A model generated the notes under the pieces. The model saw nothing but the letters and a program-made list of their open reading frames with translations. It was not told the DNA's origin and searched no databases. DNA of 64,000 nt from Spirochaetales bacterium (GTDB lineage Bacteria; Spirochaetota; Spirochaetia; JABEVK01): positions 51,418 through 115,417 of the forward strand of contig JBAXAI010000011.1 in the NCBI GenBank assembly GCA_037142615.1, written 5' to 3'. Positions within the stretch are counted from its first letter, which is position 1, and each line of letters opens with the position of its first letter. Shown one piece after another: positions 27,954 through 37,390 of this stretch. Both the position numbers and the translations under genes were made by a program.

Positions 27954-28880
27954 ATGATTCCCAAGAAAGAGTTTCACCTGTCGCACGTGGATTCGGGCGG
28001 GCTGACCTACCTCTTCTGCGGCTCCCACGACTGCCCTTCGGGCTACGCGTATGGCCCCATGGTGCGCGATGAGTACGTGCTTCACTTTGTGAACCGGGGT
28101 ACGGGTCTCTACCGCATCAACAAGACCACCTTTCCGGTTTCGGGTGGCTCGTCGTTCGTGCTGTTTCCAGGGTACATCCTTCAATACCAGGCCGACAGGA
28201 CCGATCCTTGGGAATACTTCTGGGTCGCCTTCGGCGGGCAGAGGGCACGGCACCTGCTCGAGTCCCTGGGGGTCTCGCCAACGGAACCGGTCATCACCCA
28301 CCGAAACCCCGAAACCGTGCGTCGGCTGTTTCAGGAACTCCTGGCCAACGTGCAGGAGAAGAGTCTTTGCGCGGACTTTGTCGCTCTGAGCCTGTTCCAC
28401 CAACTCTTCGCGGAGGTCGCCCGCGATGCGGAAGTCGGCCGCGAGGCCGAGGTGCAGACGTCAACCTCGCCCAAGCCTGTACCGGGCCCGGTGGAAGAGC
28501 CCATCCAGAAGGCCATCGCCTTTATCCAGGAAAACTACTCGGAGCACGACCTGTCGGTTGAGACCATTGCCAGCCACGTGTGCCTGGAAAGAACGTATTT
28601 CTCGACCTTGTTCAAAGAACAAGTAGGCACTTCGCCGGGGAGTTTCGTGCTGAACGTGCGCATGGAGAATGCCTGCCGCATGCTCTCCGACTCGGCCAAG
28701 CCGGTCAAGCTGGTCGCCATCGAAGTGGGGTTCCACGATCAGGGCTACTTCGACAAGGTGTTCCGCAAGCACATGAACGTCAACCCTTCCGAATATCGGC
28801 TGAAGGTCACCCAGGAGCAAGCCGGAACAGGGCCGAGTTTCGACTCGACCCAAGAACTCGACCGTTCCTTCTTTTCCTAA
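27954..28880 (+). CDS. AraC-family transcriptional regulator (sugar-responsive type)
   Basis: Cupin domain (YGP.VR..Y.LH.V..G.G, PWEY.W..F.G); double HTH (YFSTLFK, VGF.D..YF.KVFRK). Confidence 0.92.
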   Translation: MIPKKEFHLSHVDSGGLTYLFCGSHDCPSGYAYGPMVRDEYVLHFVNRGTGLYRINKTTFPVSGGSSFVLFPGYILQYQADRTDPWEYFWVAFGGQRARHLLESLGVSPTEPVITHRNPETVRRLFQELLANVQEKSLCADFVALSLFHQLFAEVARDAEVGREAEVQTSTSPKPVPGPVEEPIQKAIAFIQENYSEHDLSVETIASHVCLERTYFSTLFKEQVGTSPGSFVLNVRMENACRMLSDSAKPVKLVAIEVGFHDQGYFDKVFRKHMNVNPSEYRLKVTQEQAGTGPSFDSTQELDRSFFS

Positions 28881-28908
28881 GGGCGCACCGGGACAGGGGC
28901 CCGGGCAC

Positions 28909-31110
28909 TCACGCGTGCCGTGGTGGTGTCGTGAACGGCACCTCGACGCGGCCAAGCGTCTGTTCAAACGTCAGGTCCAGAAACACCACGCCGTCGGTCG
29001 CCGCGAACGGCCCCAACTTTGCTTCCAGACCGACTCCCGAGGGAGCCTGTGGCCGGAACCCCTGGGGAACCGTCAACCAACAGCGGAAAGTCTTGCCGGC
29101 CACACCGTGCAGTTCCAATAAGAGAGTTTCGCCTTGCCACTGTTCCCCAGCAACAAACTGTAAGCCCATCGAGATGTGCCGATTGTCGGCTAGGTAGGCC
29201 GGATGAGCGACCAATGGGACCAGGGTGATCACTTGGCAGTTACCGAGGGCCACCTGAGAAAGGTCTAACGATCCGTGTTGTTCGCCCAGATAGCGTTGCG
29301 CCCAGAAGTCGAAGCCATGGTAGGTTCCGCTCGGGTCCAAGCCCAGCTTTTCGAGGCCCAACGATCCGCGCTGAAGCGGCAACGTGGCAACCCGAGTGAC
29401 CACGCACCAGCGGCGCGGGCCCACTTGGTAGTGGGTTGCCCACAGGTTGCCAAAGCTGTGGTCCTGCAGGTCGTCCAGAGGCGAAGCCGAGATCTGCAAG
29501 GCTTCCTGCAAGGTCACGCTCTCGTCGATTCTCCAGGCACCAGGTGTGTAGCCTGAGGCGACCCGGTCCAGCCGCAAGGGACCGGTTTCCGCGGTCATCA
29601 CCGGCTGGGTGGGCATCGTCTTGCGGATCATCCCGAGCCGCGTTTCGTCGTAGCAGTCGACGTTGTCGCTGAGCATGTACAGGCCACCGGTTTGCGACAC
29701 GAGCGAAAGGAGGCTCCGCGTCCATTCGGGGGTCGACCGGGCGCAAACATGGTCGGGGTCGAGCTGAAACAGGATGCGTTGGGTGTGGAACCAACGCGCC
29801 GTCTCGAACACCTGCATCTGAAACGACCCCCAGGTGGTATTGGCGTCGCTGGCAACACGGCAGGCGTCGGCCAGGCCGATCACCTGGGTTAGCACACCCC
29901 AGCAAGACAAAAGAAAGGCCTGTTCGCCGATACCCTGTCGCAGGGTTTCGAGGTAATGGCGAAAGCGGAGCTCAGCCTCCTCGTGGGGGAAGAATCCCTC
30001 CTCAACGGCGCCGAGAAGCCCTTCGTACCACAAGTGCCGAAGGCTGTCGGCCTTAAAATAGCTGTAGCCCAGCTTGCGGAGCCCCTGGAACAGCGGCAAA
30101 ACCTCGCGCTCCAAAAAAGCCGGTTCGCAAGAAGGCACGAAGTTGACCCACGGTTTGTTGACAAGCTGCCCTTGCTTGTCCACCAAACAATTTCCGTCGC
30201 GGCCGGCAAACGACTCATCGGTCACCGCCGCGCTGGTCCAGATGCCGGGAACGAGTCCCGCATCGGCGATCACTCCCTGGATCGACTCATGGCCCTTGGG
30301 AAAACGGTCGTTGGGGTTGAGCCAAACTTCTGAAAGGTTAGTTTGGTCTGATGCAGTTGGGGTGTGGCCCTGGTAGCCATCGTCCACCTGCACGTACTCC
30401 AAGCCATAGGGGGCCAGTTCGCGCCTCACGAACTCGACGCTCTTGGCCAGGGCCGGAGCATCGATGGCTTTTCCAAAGGCCTCCCACGAGCACCAACCCG
30501 TGATCGGCGTGAGCTTGGGCCGCCACTGTTGGGGCGCATGCTCGCGGTAGCCCAGGTGGTCGCGGTAGTACCGTGTCCGAATCTGCAGAACCCAAGGCGC
30601 CTCGGAGAGTTCGACCGCGAGCCGGGCTGCCAGGCCCACCACTACGCCATCGCTTGCCGCCTGTTTATCGCTGTCGGAAAACACCACGTTGTCGGTGGCG
30701 GCCCGGTAGCTGGCGGGCCGTAGCTCACTGTCAAGCCACCGCCAGTTGATGCCTTCCCACGAAACAAGAAGGTCCTGGGTAACGTCGTAAAGGCCATTCA
30801 CTCCATAGAGCAGGGGCCGACCCACCTGGGCCAAGATGGCTTCACCCCGGGAGGCCCTCTGGGGCTTCAAGTTCACGGCGTCGCGCCCCAGGAACACGGT
30901 CAGTACCGTCTCGCCGCCCCCGGCCTTGGCCAGAAACAACTGTTGCACCAGCGGCGTGCTCTGCACGTTTCCATCCGCCTGTTTGCGGTAGAAGGGGCGG
31001 TCGGCTTCGACGAGGTCGGTCAGGATCAGCGGAACACCCGCGTGGTAATAACCTAGGTAACCTGTTGCAGGGCTGAACGCGTGGCGAAAGTAACCAAAGC
31101 GATTTTTCAT
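28909..31110 (-). CDS. Clan GH-D glycosidase (GH36/GH27-like, putative alpha-galactosidase)
   Basis: GWCSW, QVDDGYQ, YFKAD (nucleophile), RVASD (acid/base), DPD. Confidence 0.75.
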   Translation of the reverse strand: MKNRFGYFRHAFSPATGYLGYYHAGVPLILTDLVEADRPFYRKQADGNVQSTPLVQQLFLAKAGGGETVLTVFLGRDAVNLKPQRASRGEAILAQVGRPLLYGVNGLYDVTQDLLVSWEGINWRWLDSELRPASYRAATDNVVFSDSDKQAASDGVVVGLAARLAVELSEAPWVLQIRTRYYRDHLGYREHAPQQWRPKLTPITGWCSWEAFGKAIDAPALAKSVEFVRRELAPYGLEYVQVDDGYQGHTPTASDQTNLSEVWLNPNDRFPKGHESIQGVIADAGLVPGIWTSAAVTDESFAGRDGNCLVDKQGQLVNKPWVNFVPSCEPAFLEREVLPLFQGLRKLGYSYFKADSLRHLWYEGLLGAVEEGFFPHEEAELRFRHYLETLRQGIGEQAFLLSCWGVLTQVIGLADACRVASDANTTWGSFQMQVFETARWFHTQRILFQLDPDHVCARSTPEWTRSLLSLVSQTGGLYMLSDNVDCYDETRLGMIRKTMPTQPVMTAETGPLRLDRVASGYTPGAWRIDESVTLQEALQISASPLDDLQDHSFGNLWATHYQVGPRRWCVVTRVATLPLQRGSLGLEKLGLDPSGTYHGFDFWAQRYLGEQHGSLDLSQVALGNCQVITLVPLVAHPAYLADNRHISMGLQFVAGEQWQGETLLLELHGVAGKTFRCWLTVPQGFRPQAPSGVGLEAKLGPFAATDGVVFLDLTFEQTLGRVEVPFTTPPRHA

Positions 31111-31112
31111 GT

Positions 31113-32006
31113 TCAACCTTTGACGGAGCCGATTGTCAGGCCACCGATGAAGTATTTCTGGAGGAACGGGTACACCAGCAGCACGGGAAGAACGACAACC
31201 ATGGTCGTGGCCGCGTTGAGAGTGAGCGGCGTCAAGCTGCTGAACTTGTGGTAGAGCAGCTGCTGGTCGCGGATCAGACCGATTCCTTCTACCTCCAAAA
31301 GGATTCGTCGCAGGAGCACCTGAAGCGTGTCGAAAGCGCCGCTTGGATTGTAGAGAACCACATCAAACCACGAGTTCCAGTGAGCAACCGCACTGTAGAT
31401 GCTCACCGCCGCATACACGGGGACGGCGATAGGCATGACGATCCGCAGGTAAATCCGGAACTCGCTGGCTCCATCGATTCGAGCCGAGTCAAAGATGGCA
31501 TCGGGAATGTTTTGAAAATACGAGGACATCAGCAGCATGAAGTAGACGTTGAACAGACCAGGCACGATATAAACCAGAAACGTGTCGGTGAGGCCCAACT
31601 TGAGCATCAACAGGTAGGTGGGAATCAGGCCACCATTGAAGTACATCGTAACAAAGAACAGCGTCCGAAGAAACTTCCTCCCGGAAAAGCGCTGATTGGT
31701 TATGACGAAAGCAAGCAAGCCAGTCACAAAAAGTGAAGTCGAGGTGCCGACAACGACCCTCAGCACAGACCACATGAAACCCTGGGCCATCTTGGGGTTT
31801 TGCGCCAGAAGCTCGTACGCTCCCAAAGAAAACTTCCGAGGCCAGAAATAGATCCCACCGCGCATTGCATCGTTGCCTTCGTTGAGGGAAATTGCCATGA
31901 GGTTCACGAAAGGATAGAGGAAAAGCACGACAATACCGAACATAAAGGTGTAGTTAAAGATATCGAAAATCAAGCTAGGAATTGTCGCTTTTGGGCGAGT
32001 GCTCAT
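31113..32006 (-). CDS. Carbohydrate ABC transporter permease
   Basis: TMYFNGGLIP.Y, DSARIDGA (EAA motif), HWNSWF, YPFLQKYF..G...G.VKG. Confidence 0.93.
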   Translation of the reverse strand: MSTRPKATIPSLIFDIFNYTFMFGIVVLFLYPFVNLMAISLNEGNDAMRGGIYFWPRKFSLGAYELLAQNPKMAQGFMWSVLRVVVGTSTSLFVTGLLAFVITNQRFSGRKFLRTLFFVTMYFNGGLIPTYLLMLKLGLTDTFLVYIVPGLFNVYFMLLMSSYFQNIPDAIFDSARIDGASEFRIYLRIVMPIAVPVYAAVSIYSAVAHWNSWFDVVLYNPSGAFDTLQVLLRRILLEVEGIGLIRDQQLLYHKFSSLTPLTLNAATTMVVVLPVLLVYPFLQKYFIGGLTIGSVKG

Positions 32007-32025
32007 GGTCAATATCCCCTTACCT

Positions 32026-32937
32026 TCAAAAAATTGATGTGTCGAGAATCTTCCTGGACAAGCGATTGACCAAGACGACAAGCGCGACTCCCAAGACCGA
32101 TTTCATCAGGCCTACGGCCGCCCCGAAGGAGTAGTTGCCAAGTTGGACTCCGTAGCGATAAACATACGTGTCGATGACTTCATAGTACTCGCGCGTCATT
32201 GGATTACCAAGCAATAGATGTTGCTCAAAGCCCGCATTGAGAATCCCGCCCAGCCCCAAGATCCAAAGAAGAACTATAGTTGTCCTAATTCCTGGAAGAG
32301 TGATGTGCCAGACCAGACCGAAGCGCCCCAAGCCATCGATCCTCCCGGCCTCATACAGCTCTGAGTCGACTGCAGCGATGGCGGAAAGGTAGATAATCGT
32401 GTTGAAGCCCACATCTTTCCAGAGGTTGGCAAGGGCGATCATGATCCAATAGAACTTGCCCTCGCCGAGAAACAAAATTGGTTTGTTGGTCAGGCCTAAT
32501 GACTGGAGCAACTCGTTGAATACGCCCTCAGTCCGCAGGAAAGTAAACAGAATATTGGTGACGACAACCCAGGAGATGAAGTACGGAATATAGGAGACCG
32601 TCTGGGTGAACTTCTTGATTCTCCGGCCGCGCAATTCGCTGAACATCAGGGCGAGAATGATCGGACCAGGAAGGCTGAAGGCCATGGTTAGGAGACTCAT
32701 GGCTATGGTATTCCGCATGATATTTCCGAACTCAGGGATGTCGAAAAAGCGGACAAAGTTATCAAGACCCACCCAAGGTCCTGCAAGATAGGAGTTCCCG
32801 GGGATGAAGTTCTGGAACGCGATGATCAGCCCATAGATGGGCAGGTAGGAAAACGTGAACACCCAGATCAGCATGGGAATCACTAAGATCCAGATCTGCC
32901 GTTCTACCCAGAACCGGCGAAGGAGCCGTTTGACCAT
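32026..32937 (-). CDS. Carbohydrate ABC transporter permease (LplB-like)
   Basis: PWVGL.NF, QTVSY.PYFISWVV, LYEAGRIDG, IDTYVY..G. Confidence 0.93.
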   Translation of the reverse strand: MVKRLLRRFWVERQIWILVIPMLIWVFTFSYLPIYGLIIAFQNFIPGNSYLAGPWVGLDNFVRFFDIPEFGNIMRNTIAMSLLTMAFSLPGPIILALMFSELRGRRIKKFTQTVSYIPYFISWVVVTNILFTFLRTEGVFNELLQSLGLTNKPILFLGEGKFYWIMIALANLWKDVGFNTIIYLSAIAAVDSELYEAGRIDGLGRFGLVWHITLPGIRTTIVLLWILGLGGILNAGFEQHLLLGNPMTREYYEVIDTYVYRYGVQLGNYSFGAAVGLMKSVLGVALVVLVNRLSRKILDTSIF

Positions 32938-32964
32938 GATTCCATTCTCCTTGCTACACAAAAG

Positions 32965-33003
32965 TGGGGGAAGAGGCCACAAGTGGAGTCACCCCTTCCC
33001 CCA
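32965..33003 (-). terminator. Stem-loop between the solute-binding gene and the permeases (partial terminator or mRNA stabiliser)
   Basis: Arms TGGGGGAAG/CTTCCCCCA, followed by CTTTTG on the minus strand. Confidence 0.55.
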
Positions 33004-33020
33004 GAAGAAACGTCGTGCTA

Positions 33021-34673
33021 CTAGAGCTTCATCTTTGCGAGGTTCTTCTTGTATTCCACGTTCTGGAACTTCTCAAGATCGGCCAGACCCAACTTGTTCA
33101 AGGTGGCCTTGAGCGCGTTGAAGTTGGCGGTAGCTTCGGCTACGGTGTTGCTCTGAACAGCCTTCACAAAGCCCGTGTACTCGGCGTCCTTGATCTGCTG
33201 GCGCTTGGTTGTCAAAACATTTTCCGGCAAGAACTTGATGGCTTCGAAAGCCGTGAAGTCAAACTCGGTACCTTCCAGGTTCTTGTTCATCAGCACGCGC
33301 CACTTGGCTTCGGGAGCCGGGTCGGAATTGAAGTTCTGGTCGGCCCAGACGGTCGAAGGCTTGGCATCCTTGGTCAGCGCCTGGCCCTGGGTGATAAAGA
33401 ACTCACCCGTACCGCGAAGATTCCAGTTCGGCACCTGGTCGTAGGCACCGGCCATGATGATCTTCTTCATCTGGTCGTTGAACTCCCAGTTCTTGCCATC
33501 GGTGGTCCAGAACGAAGCCTTACCGTCGCTGGCGTCGGTCAGGTTGGGAACGCCCCAGCCAAAGATCCGCACAGCCATCGGACTGATCGCCCATTCGAAG
33601 AAGCGCATGTAGTCGGCGCGGTCCTGAGCGGTTGCCTTGTTGGTGATGACCGTATAGTTCCAGCCCAAGGTATTCTTGGGGGTGAAATAGGCGACCTTGG
33701 CTGCAGGATCCTTGATGCTGATCTGCACGTAGCGCTTGTCGTCGGTCCAGCCGGGTGACTTGCTCCAAATTTCGTGCCCGGCATTCCAGGACTGCCACCA
33801 GCCACCAATGTGACCGACGATCCGCTCGGCGGAGAACTTGGCCTTCCAGTTGTCGTACTTGTTGACGAACGCTTCGGGATCCATGAGTCCTTCGCGGTAG
33901 AACTTGTTCAGCCACAGCACGGCCTGCAGGCCTTCGGGGGTGTTGACCCAGTGACTCAAGTTGTTCTGAGCGTCTTCCTTGTAGCCATCTTTGAGACCCC
34001 AGATAGCCATCAGGTCGGCGACCTTAACCTGGTCAGTGCTCCACGAAATGCCGTAGACTTTTTCGCCGTTGGCGTTCTTGGGGTGGGCGGCTACCATCTT
34101 CTTGATGACGTTGTAGTAGTCATCGGGAGTGGCGATCTTCGGCGAGCCCATCTCTTGGTACCAGTCCCAGCGGATGTGGGCGCTCTGGTCGGGAATCGGG
34201 AGCAGACCCCAGCCACGCGGCAGGCCAAAGAGTTCTTTCTTGTCGGTCAGGTACATGCCGTACAAGTAGCCGAGTGTCGACTTGATTCCCTTGTAGGTTT
34301 TTTCCACATCGGGAGCCATGTTGTACAGGTGGCCCTGAGCAGCCCACTGCGAAACCGTATCGGCGCTCATGGCCATGATGATCTTCGGGTAATTGCCCGA
34401 AGCCAGCATCAGGTTGAGCTTTTCGGTGGTGTCAACATCGCTGACATTCTTGACCAGCTTAACGTTGAACTCCTTGAGCATAAAGTCGCGGATCTGCTGG
34501 GTGTCGCGATCGTGCTGAGCCTGGTCACCACGGTCGGCCTGGTAGAAATTGATTTCGAGGGTCTTCTCGGGTACCACCCATCCGAACATATTCGTCTTGC
34601 CGGGTGCGGTCTGCGCGAAAACCAAAATCGGTATACACGCGATCACGGCTAGAACAACTAATCTCTTGATCAT
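33021..34673 (-). CDS. Oligosaccharide ABC solute-binding protein
   Basis: Signal peptide, KLNLMLASG.YP, IRWDW...G.P, NK.YREGL.DPE.F; strong SD AGGAGG. Confidence 0.88.
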   Translation of the reverse strand: MIKRLVVLAVIACIPILVFAQTAPGKTNMFGWVVPEKTLEINFYQADRGDQAQHDRDTQQIRDFMLKEFNVKLVKNVSDVDTTEKLNLMLASGNYPKIIMAMSADTVSQWAAQGHLYNMAPDVEKTYKGIKSTLGYLYGMYLTDKKELFGLPRGWGLLPIPDQSAHIRWDWYQEMGSPKIATPDDYYNVIKKMVAAHPKNANGEKVYGISWSTDQVKVADLMAIWGLKDGYKEDAQNNLSHWVNTPEGLQAVLWLNKFYREGLMDPEAFVNKYDNWKAKFSAERIVGHIGGWWQSWNAGHEIWSKSPGWTDDKRYVQISIKDPAAKVAYFTPKNTLGWNYTVITNKATAQDRADYMRFFEWAISPMAVRIFGWGVPNLTDASDGKASFWTTDGKNWEFNDQMKKIIMAGAYDQVPNWNLRGTGEFFITQGQALTKDAKPSTVWADQNFNSDPAPEAKWRVLMNKNLEGTEFDFTAFEAIKFLPENVLTTKRQQIKDAEYTGFVKAVQSNTVAEATANFNALKATLNKLGLADLEKFQNVEYKKNLAKMKL

Positions 34674-34727
34674 TCTTGTCCTCCTGTTTCTGTCGGTGTT
34701 CACAACGTGAACTTTTGCTTCATCCTA

Positions 34728-34792
34728 AGCGTACATCTGCTTTGCAAAACGCGAACTTGTAATATTGTTGGCTCGTGCAGGACATTTGTTGG
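34728..34792 (-). promoter_or_regulatory. Putative AraC-activated promoter of the ABC operon
   Basis: Minus-strand CCAACAA direct repeats at a 21-bp period (34765-71, 34786-92), upstream of a -10 TACGCT. Confidence 0.5.
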
Positions 34793-34813
34793 TACACCCG
34801 CCCTCCTTTTTCA

Positions 34814-37387
34814 CTAGTTGCGAAACTTCACTCGGATATTGAGCAGCGCACCGGCCACAGCGTTCACCGTCAGGCTGTCGGCTCGTACCACGAGTTCGTT
34901 CAACGGTTGATCGAGCGTATCGACGAGCCAGGCCTGCCCAAGGGTGCGTTTTGGAAACCTCAAACGAGCCTGAACCCCGGTGGCCGAGACACTCTTCAGC
35001 CGCACCAGAAGAGTCTCCGGTTCCTTGGCGGGCCTGACGTACAGCAGCGTCAGTCCGGCGCCCTCGAGCTCGAGCAGGCAGCCCTGCTCGGCGGCCGGGC
35101 AGGTGACGGCGGCGGCCAACTGCACCGCCCGCGCGGCCCGGTGGCCACAGGCCAGGGCCTGCTGGGGGTCGAAGGTCTCGAAGGTCTCGAGCTCATAGTG
35201 AAAGCGGTTGAGTCCAGGCTGCTTGACGGGAAAGTTGGTCTCCCAGTAGTTGTTCATGGGCCAGGCCAGCAGCAAGGGCGGCGAGTTGCGCGGGATCGAG
35301 CTTCGCTTTTTGCCGAAGCCGAAACCACCGGGTTGAACCAGGGGTGCGTCGGGGCACGCCAGAGTGACGCCGTGTTTGCCGTCGTACACCGAGAGGGTTT
35401 GATCCACCGTGACCCAGTCGCGCGAGGCTCCCGGAAGCTGCTCGTCATCGAGTTCGACAAAAACGCCGGCCGTGTCGAACTTGGCTTTCCAGGTTCCCAG
35501 GGCCAGCGGAAAGGCAAAGTAGAGGCCCTCGGGGGTGCGCGTGTCGAGTTTGTCGAACAGAACATCGAACCCCAGGCCCGGCCGATGGTCGTACAGGGTG
35601 ATCCTCTGTTCCAGGCTCCGAACCCCCGGGGCCTCCCAGTTGAGGATGAGTTGGGCCCCCTCGGGTGCGAACTCGGCGCGGCAGCCGAGCAGGCGGCTCG
35701 CACCCAGGCGGCGGGCCTGCCAATCGGGGTTCCAGGCTCCGTCGCGGTAGAAGGTTTTGCGGGTGTCGGGGTTCCGGAGGGTATCGATCGACTCATGCAC
35801 GTACTGGAAGAAGTTCCAGTCACTGGCGGTGTCAACCAGTTGCCAGTTGCGGGCCTTGTCCCAGAGCTCGAGGATGCGGCCCGTCCTGGAGTCGAACTTC
35901 AGCCGGTAGCGGGCGTTTTCGAGCGAGTCGTCGGTGACCGTCGCGCTGCGTTTGGCCTCCTGGGCAGCGAGGCCGGCCAGGGGGAGCTTTTTCCAGGTAA
36001 AGGGCGCGAGGTCCACCTCGCCGACGTAGGTAGCCTCGGCCTGCCGGTCTTCGAGGTCGGTACTTTGGGTGTAGAACTCCAGTCGCTTGCAGGCCAGGTG
36101 GCGGCCCTCGGCCCAGTACGCCTTGGGCACGTACAGGCTGTGGGTCTGCGCCGTCGGCGTGGGGTTGAACACCAGCACCCCTTCGGGAGGCCCCGACTGC
36201 TCGGGGTTACCGGCCAGGTGCTCCATCTGCTTGCCCAAAAGGTAGGTGGTAAGCCCCGCCGCGTCGTAGGCGTAGTGGGCCTTGTGGTTCCAAGCTTCGT
36301 CCACGTCGGGGCGGTCTGGAGAGTCGGCGTTGGCGGCGTGGCCCCAGGTATGCTCGGTGTAGAGGTTGGTCTGGTCCCAGGCTCGCTTGGCCGCATCACG
36401 GTACTGCGGACTCAAGGTGCCCTGAAGCGAGGCCAGCAGATCGGCGGCGGCCAGCCCCTGTCGCGCCTTGCGGTGAAGCCGGGTCTGCTTTGCCGAGCTT
36501 CCGCTGCCGAAGTTCCAGTAGTCGGTCCAGTCGCCGCCGTGCACGGGGATGGCCTCGCGAGGGACGGTCGCCACGCGGTCGAGCAGCATTTCCGACGTGG
36601 CGAAGCGGATTTTGACCTCGTGGCCGGTCTCGTTCCAGCGGCGGATCACCTCGGCCAGCGTGTGGTCGGGTGCGTTGTTGTCGGGCATCGGGGGGTTGGT
36701 CGCGGTAAGGAACACGAAGTCGTGCGGGTAGCCGCTGTTCTCGAGCTCGGCGACGTAGGCCTCCAGCTTCTCGCGCAGGTAGTCCAGGTCGTTGAGTTCG
36801 GGCTTGAACATCCAGTTGAACAGCACGTAGATTTCGCCGTTGAACGCGAGCAGTTCCCGGTTGTCGGGGGTTCGCCAGCGAAACAGGTAGCGCCGTTCGA
36901 GCGGAAAGCCGCCAAAGTGGGTGTTGATGCCCATGATGTGGAGCTTGATGCCGGCATCGAGCAAGAGTTGGCTCATTGGCCAAGGTTGGCCATTGACGTC
37001 GTGGTTGATCGAGGTGTCGAGGCGGATGCCAAAGCGGTCGCGCAGGTATTTCACGGGCTGCAGCATCTGGTTGATCTGCTCGGCGTTCGCCAGCGGCGTC
37101 GCGTGGAAGGGCTGGGCGGCAATGCAGATCTGTCCGTTGGTGAGGAAGTGTTGCAGCCGTGCCACCGACTCGGGTTCGGCCACTTCAAGCCACTTCATCA
37201 CCGGCAAGGTGGTTTCGCACGTCCAGCGGAAGCGCGACTCCTCGGGCCAGGTTTCGGTCTTGGCGCAAAGCTCGAGCACCTGGTCAAGGTAGTCGAGATG
37301 CATCTGGATCAGGGCCGGCTGCACGTGCGTGTAGCCGACATCGAGGTGGGTGTGGTGCATGCAAAGCACCTCTTTGATTTTTCCCAT
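34814..37387 (-). CDS. GH38-like glycosidase (alpha-mannosidase family)
   Basis: HHTHLDVGYT metal motif, NHDVNG, EHTWG, MNNYWETNF. Confidence 0.8.
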   Translation of the reverse strand: MGKIKEVLCMHHTHLDVGYTHVQPALIQMHLDYLDQVLELCAKTETWPEESRFRWTCETTLPVMKWLEVAEPESVARLQHFLTNGQICIAAQPFHATPLANAEQINQMLQPVKYLRDRFGIRLDTSINHDVNGQPWPMSQLLLDAGIKLHIMGINTHFGGFPLERRYLFRWRTPDNRELLAFNGEIYVLFNWMFKPELNDLDYLREKLEAYVAELENSGYPHDFVFLTATNPPMPDNNAPDHTLAEVIRRWNETGHEVKIRFATSEMLLDRVATVPREAIPVHGGDWTDYWNFGSGSSAKQTRLHRKARQGLAAADLLASLQGTLSPQYRDAAKRAWDQTNLYTEHTWGHAANADSPDRPDVDEAWNHKAHYAYDAAGLTTYLLGKQMEHLAGNPEQSGPPEGVLVFNPTPTAQTHSLYVPKAYWAEGRHLACKRLEFYTQSTDLEDRQAEATYVGEVDLAPFTWKKLPLAGLAAQEAKRSATVTDDSLENARYRLKFDSRTGRILELWDKARNWQLVDTASDWNFFQYVHESIDTLRNPDTRKTFYRDGAWNPDWQARRLGASRLLGCRAEFAPEGAQLILNWEAPGVRSLEQRITLYDHRPGLGFDVLFDKLDTRTPEGLYFAFPLALGTWKAKFDTAGVFVELDDEQLPGASRDWVTVDQTLSVYDGKHGVTLACPDAPLVQPGGFGFGKKRSSIPRNSPPLLLAWPMNNYWETNFPVKQPGLNRFHYELETFETFDPQQALACGHRAARAVQLAAAVTCPAAEQGCLLELEGAGLTLLYVRPAKEPETLLVRLKSVSATGVQARLRFPKRTLGQAWLVDTLDQPLNELVVRADSLTVNAVAGALLNIRVKFRN

Positions 37388-37390
37388 GGG

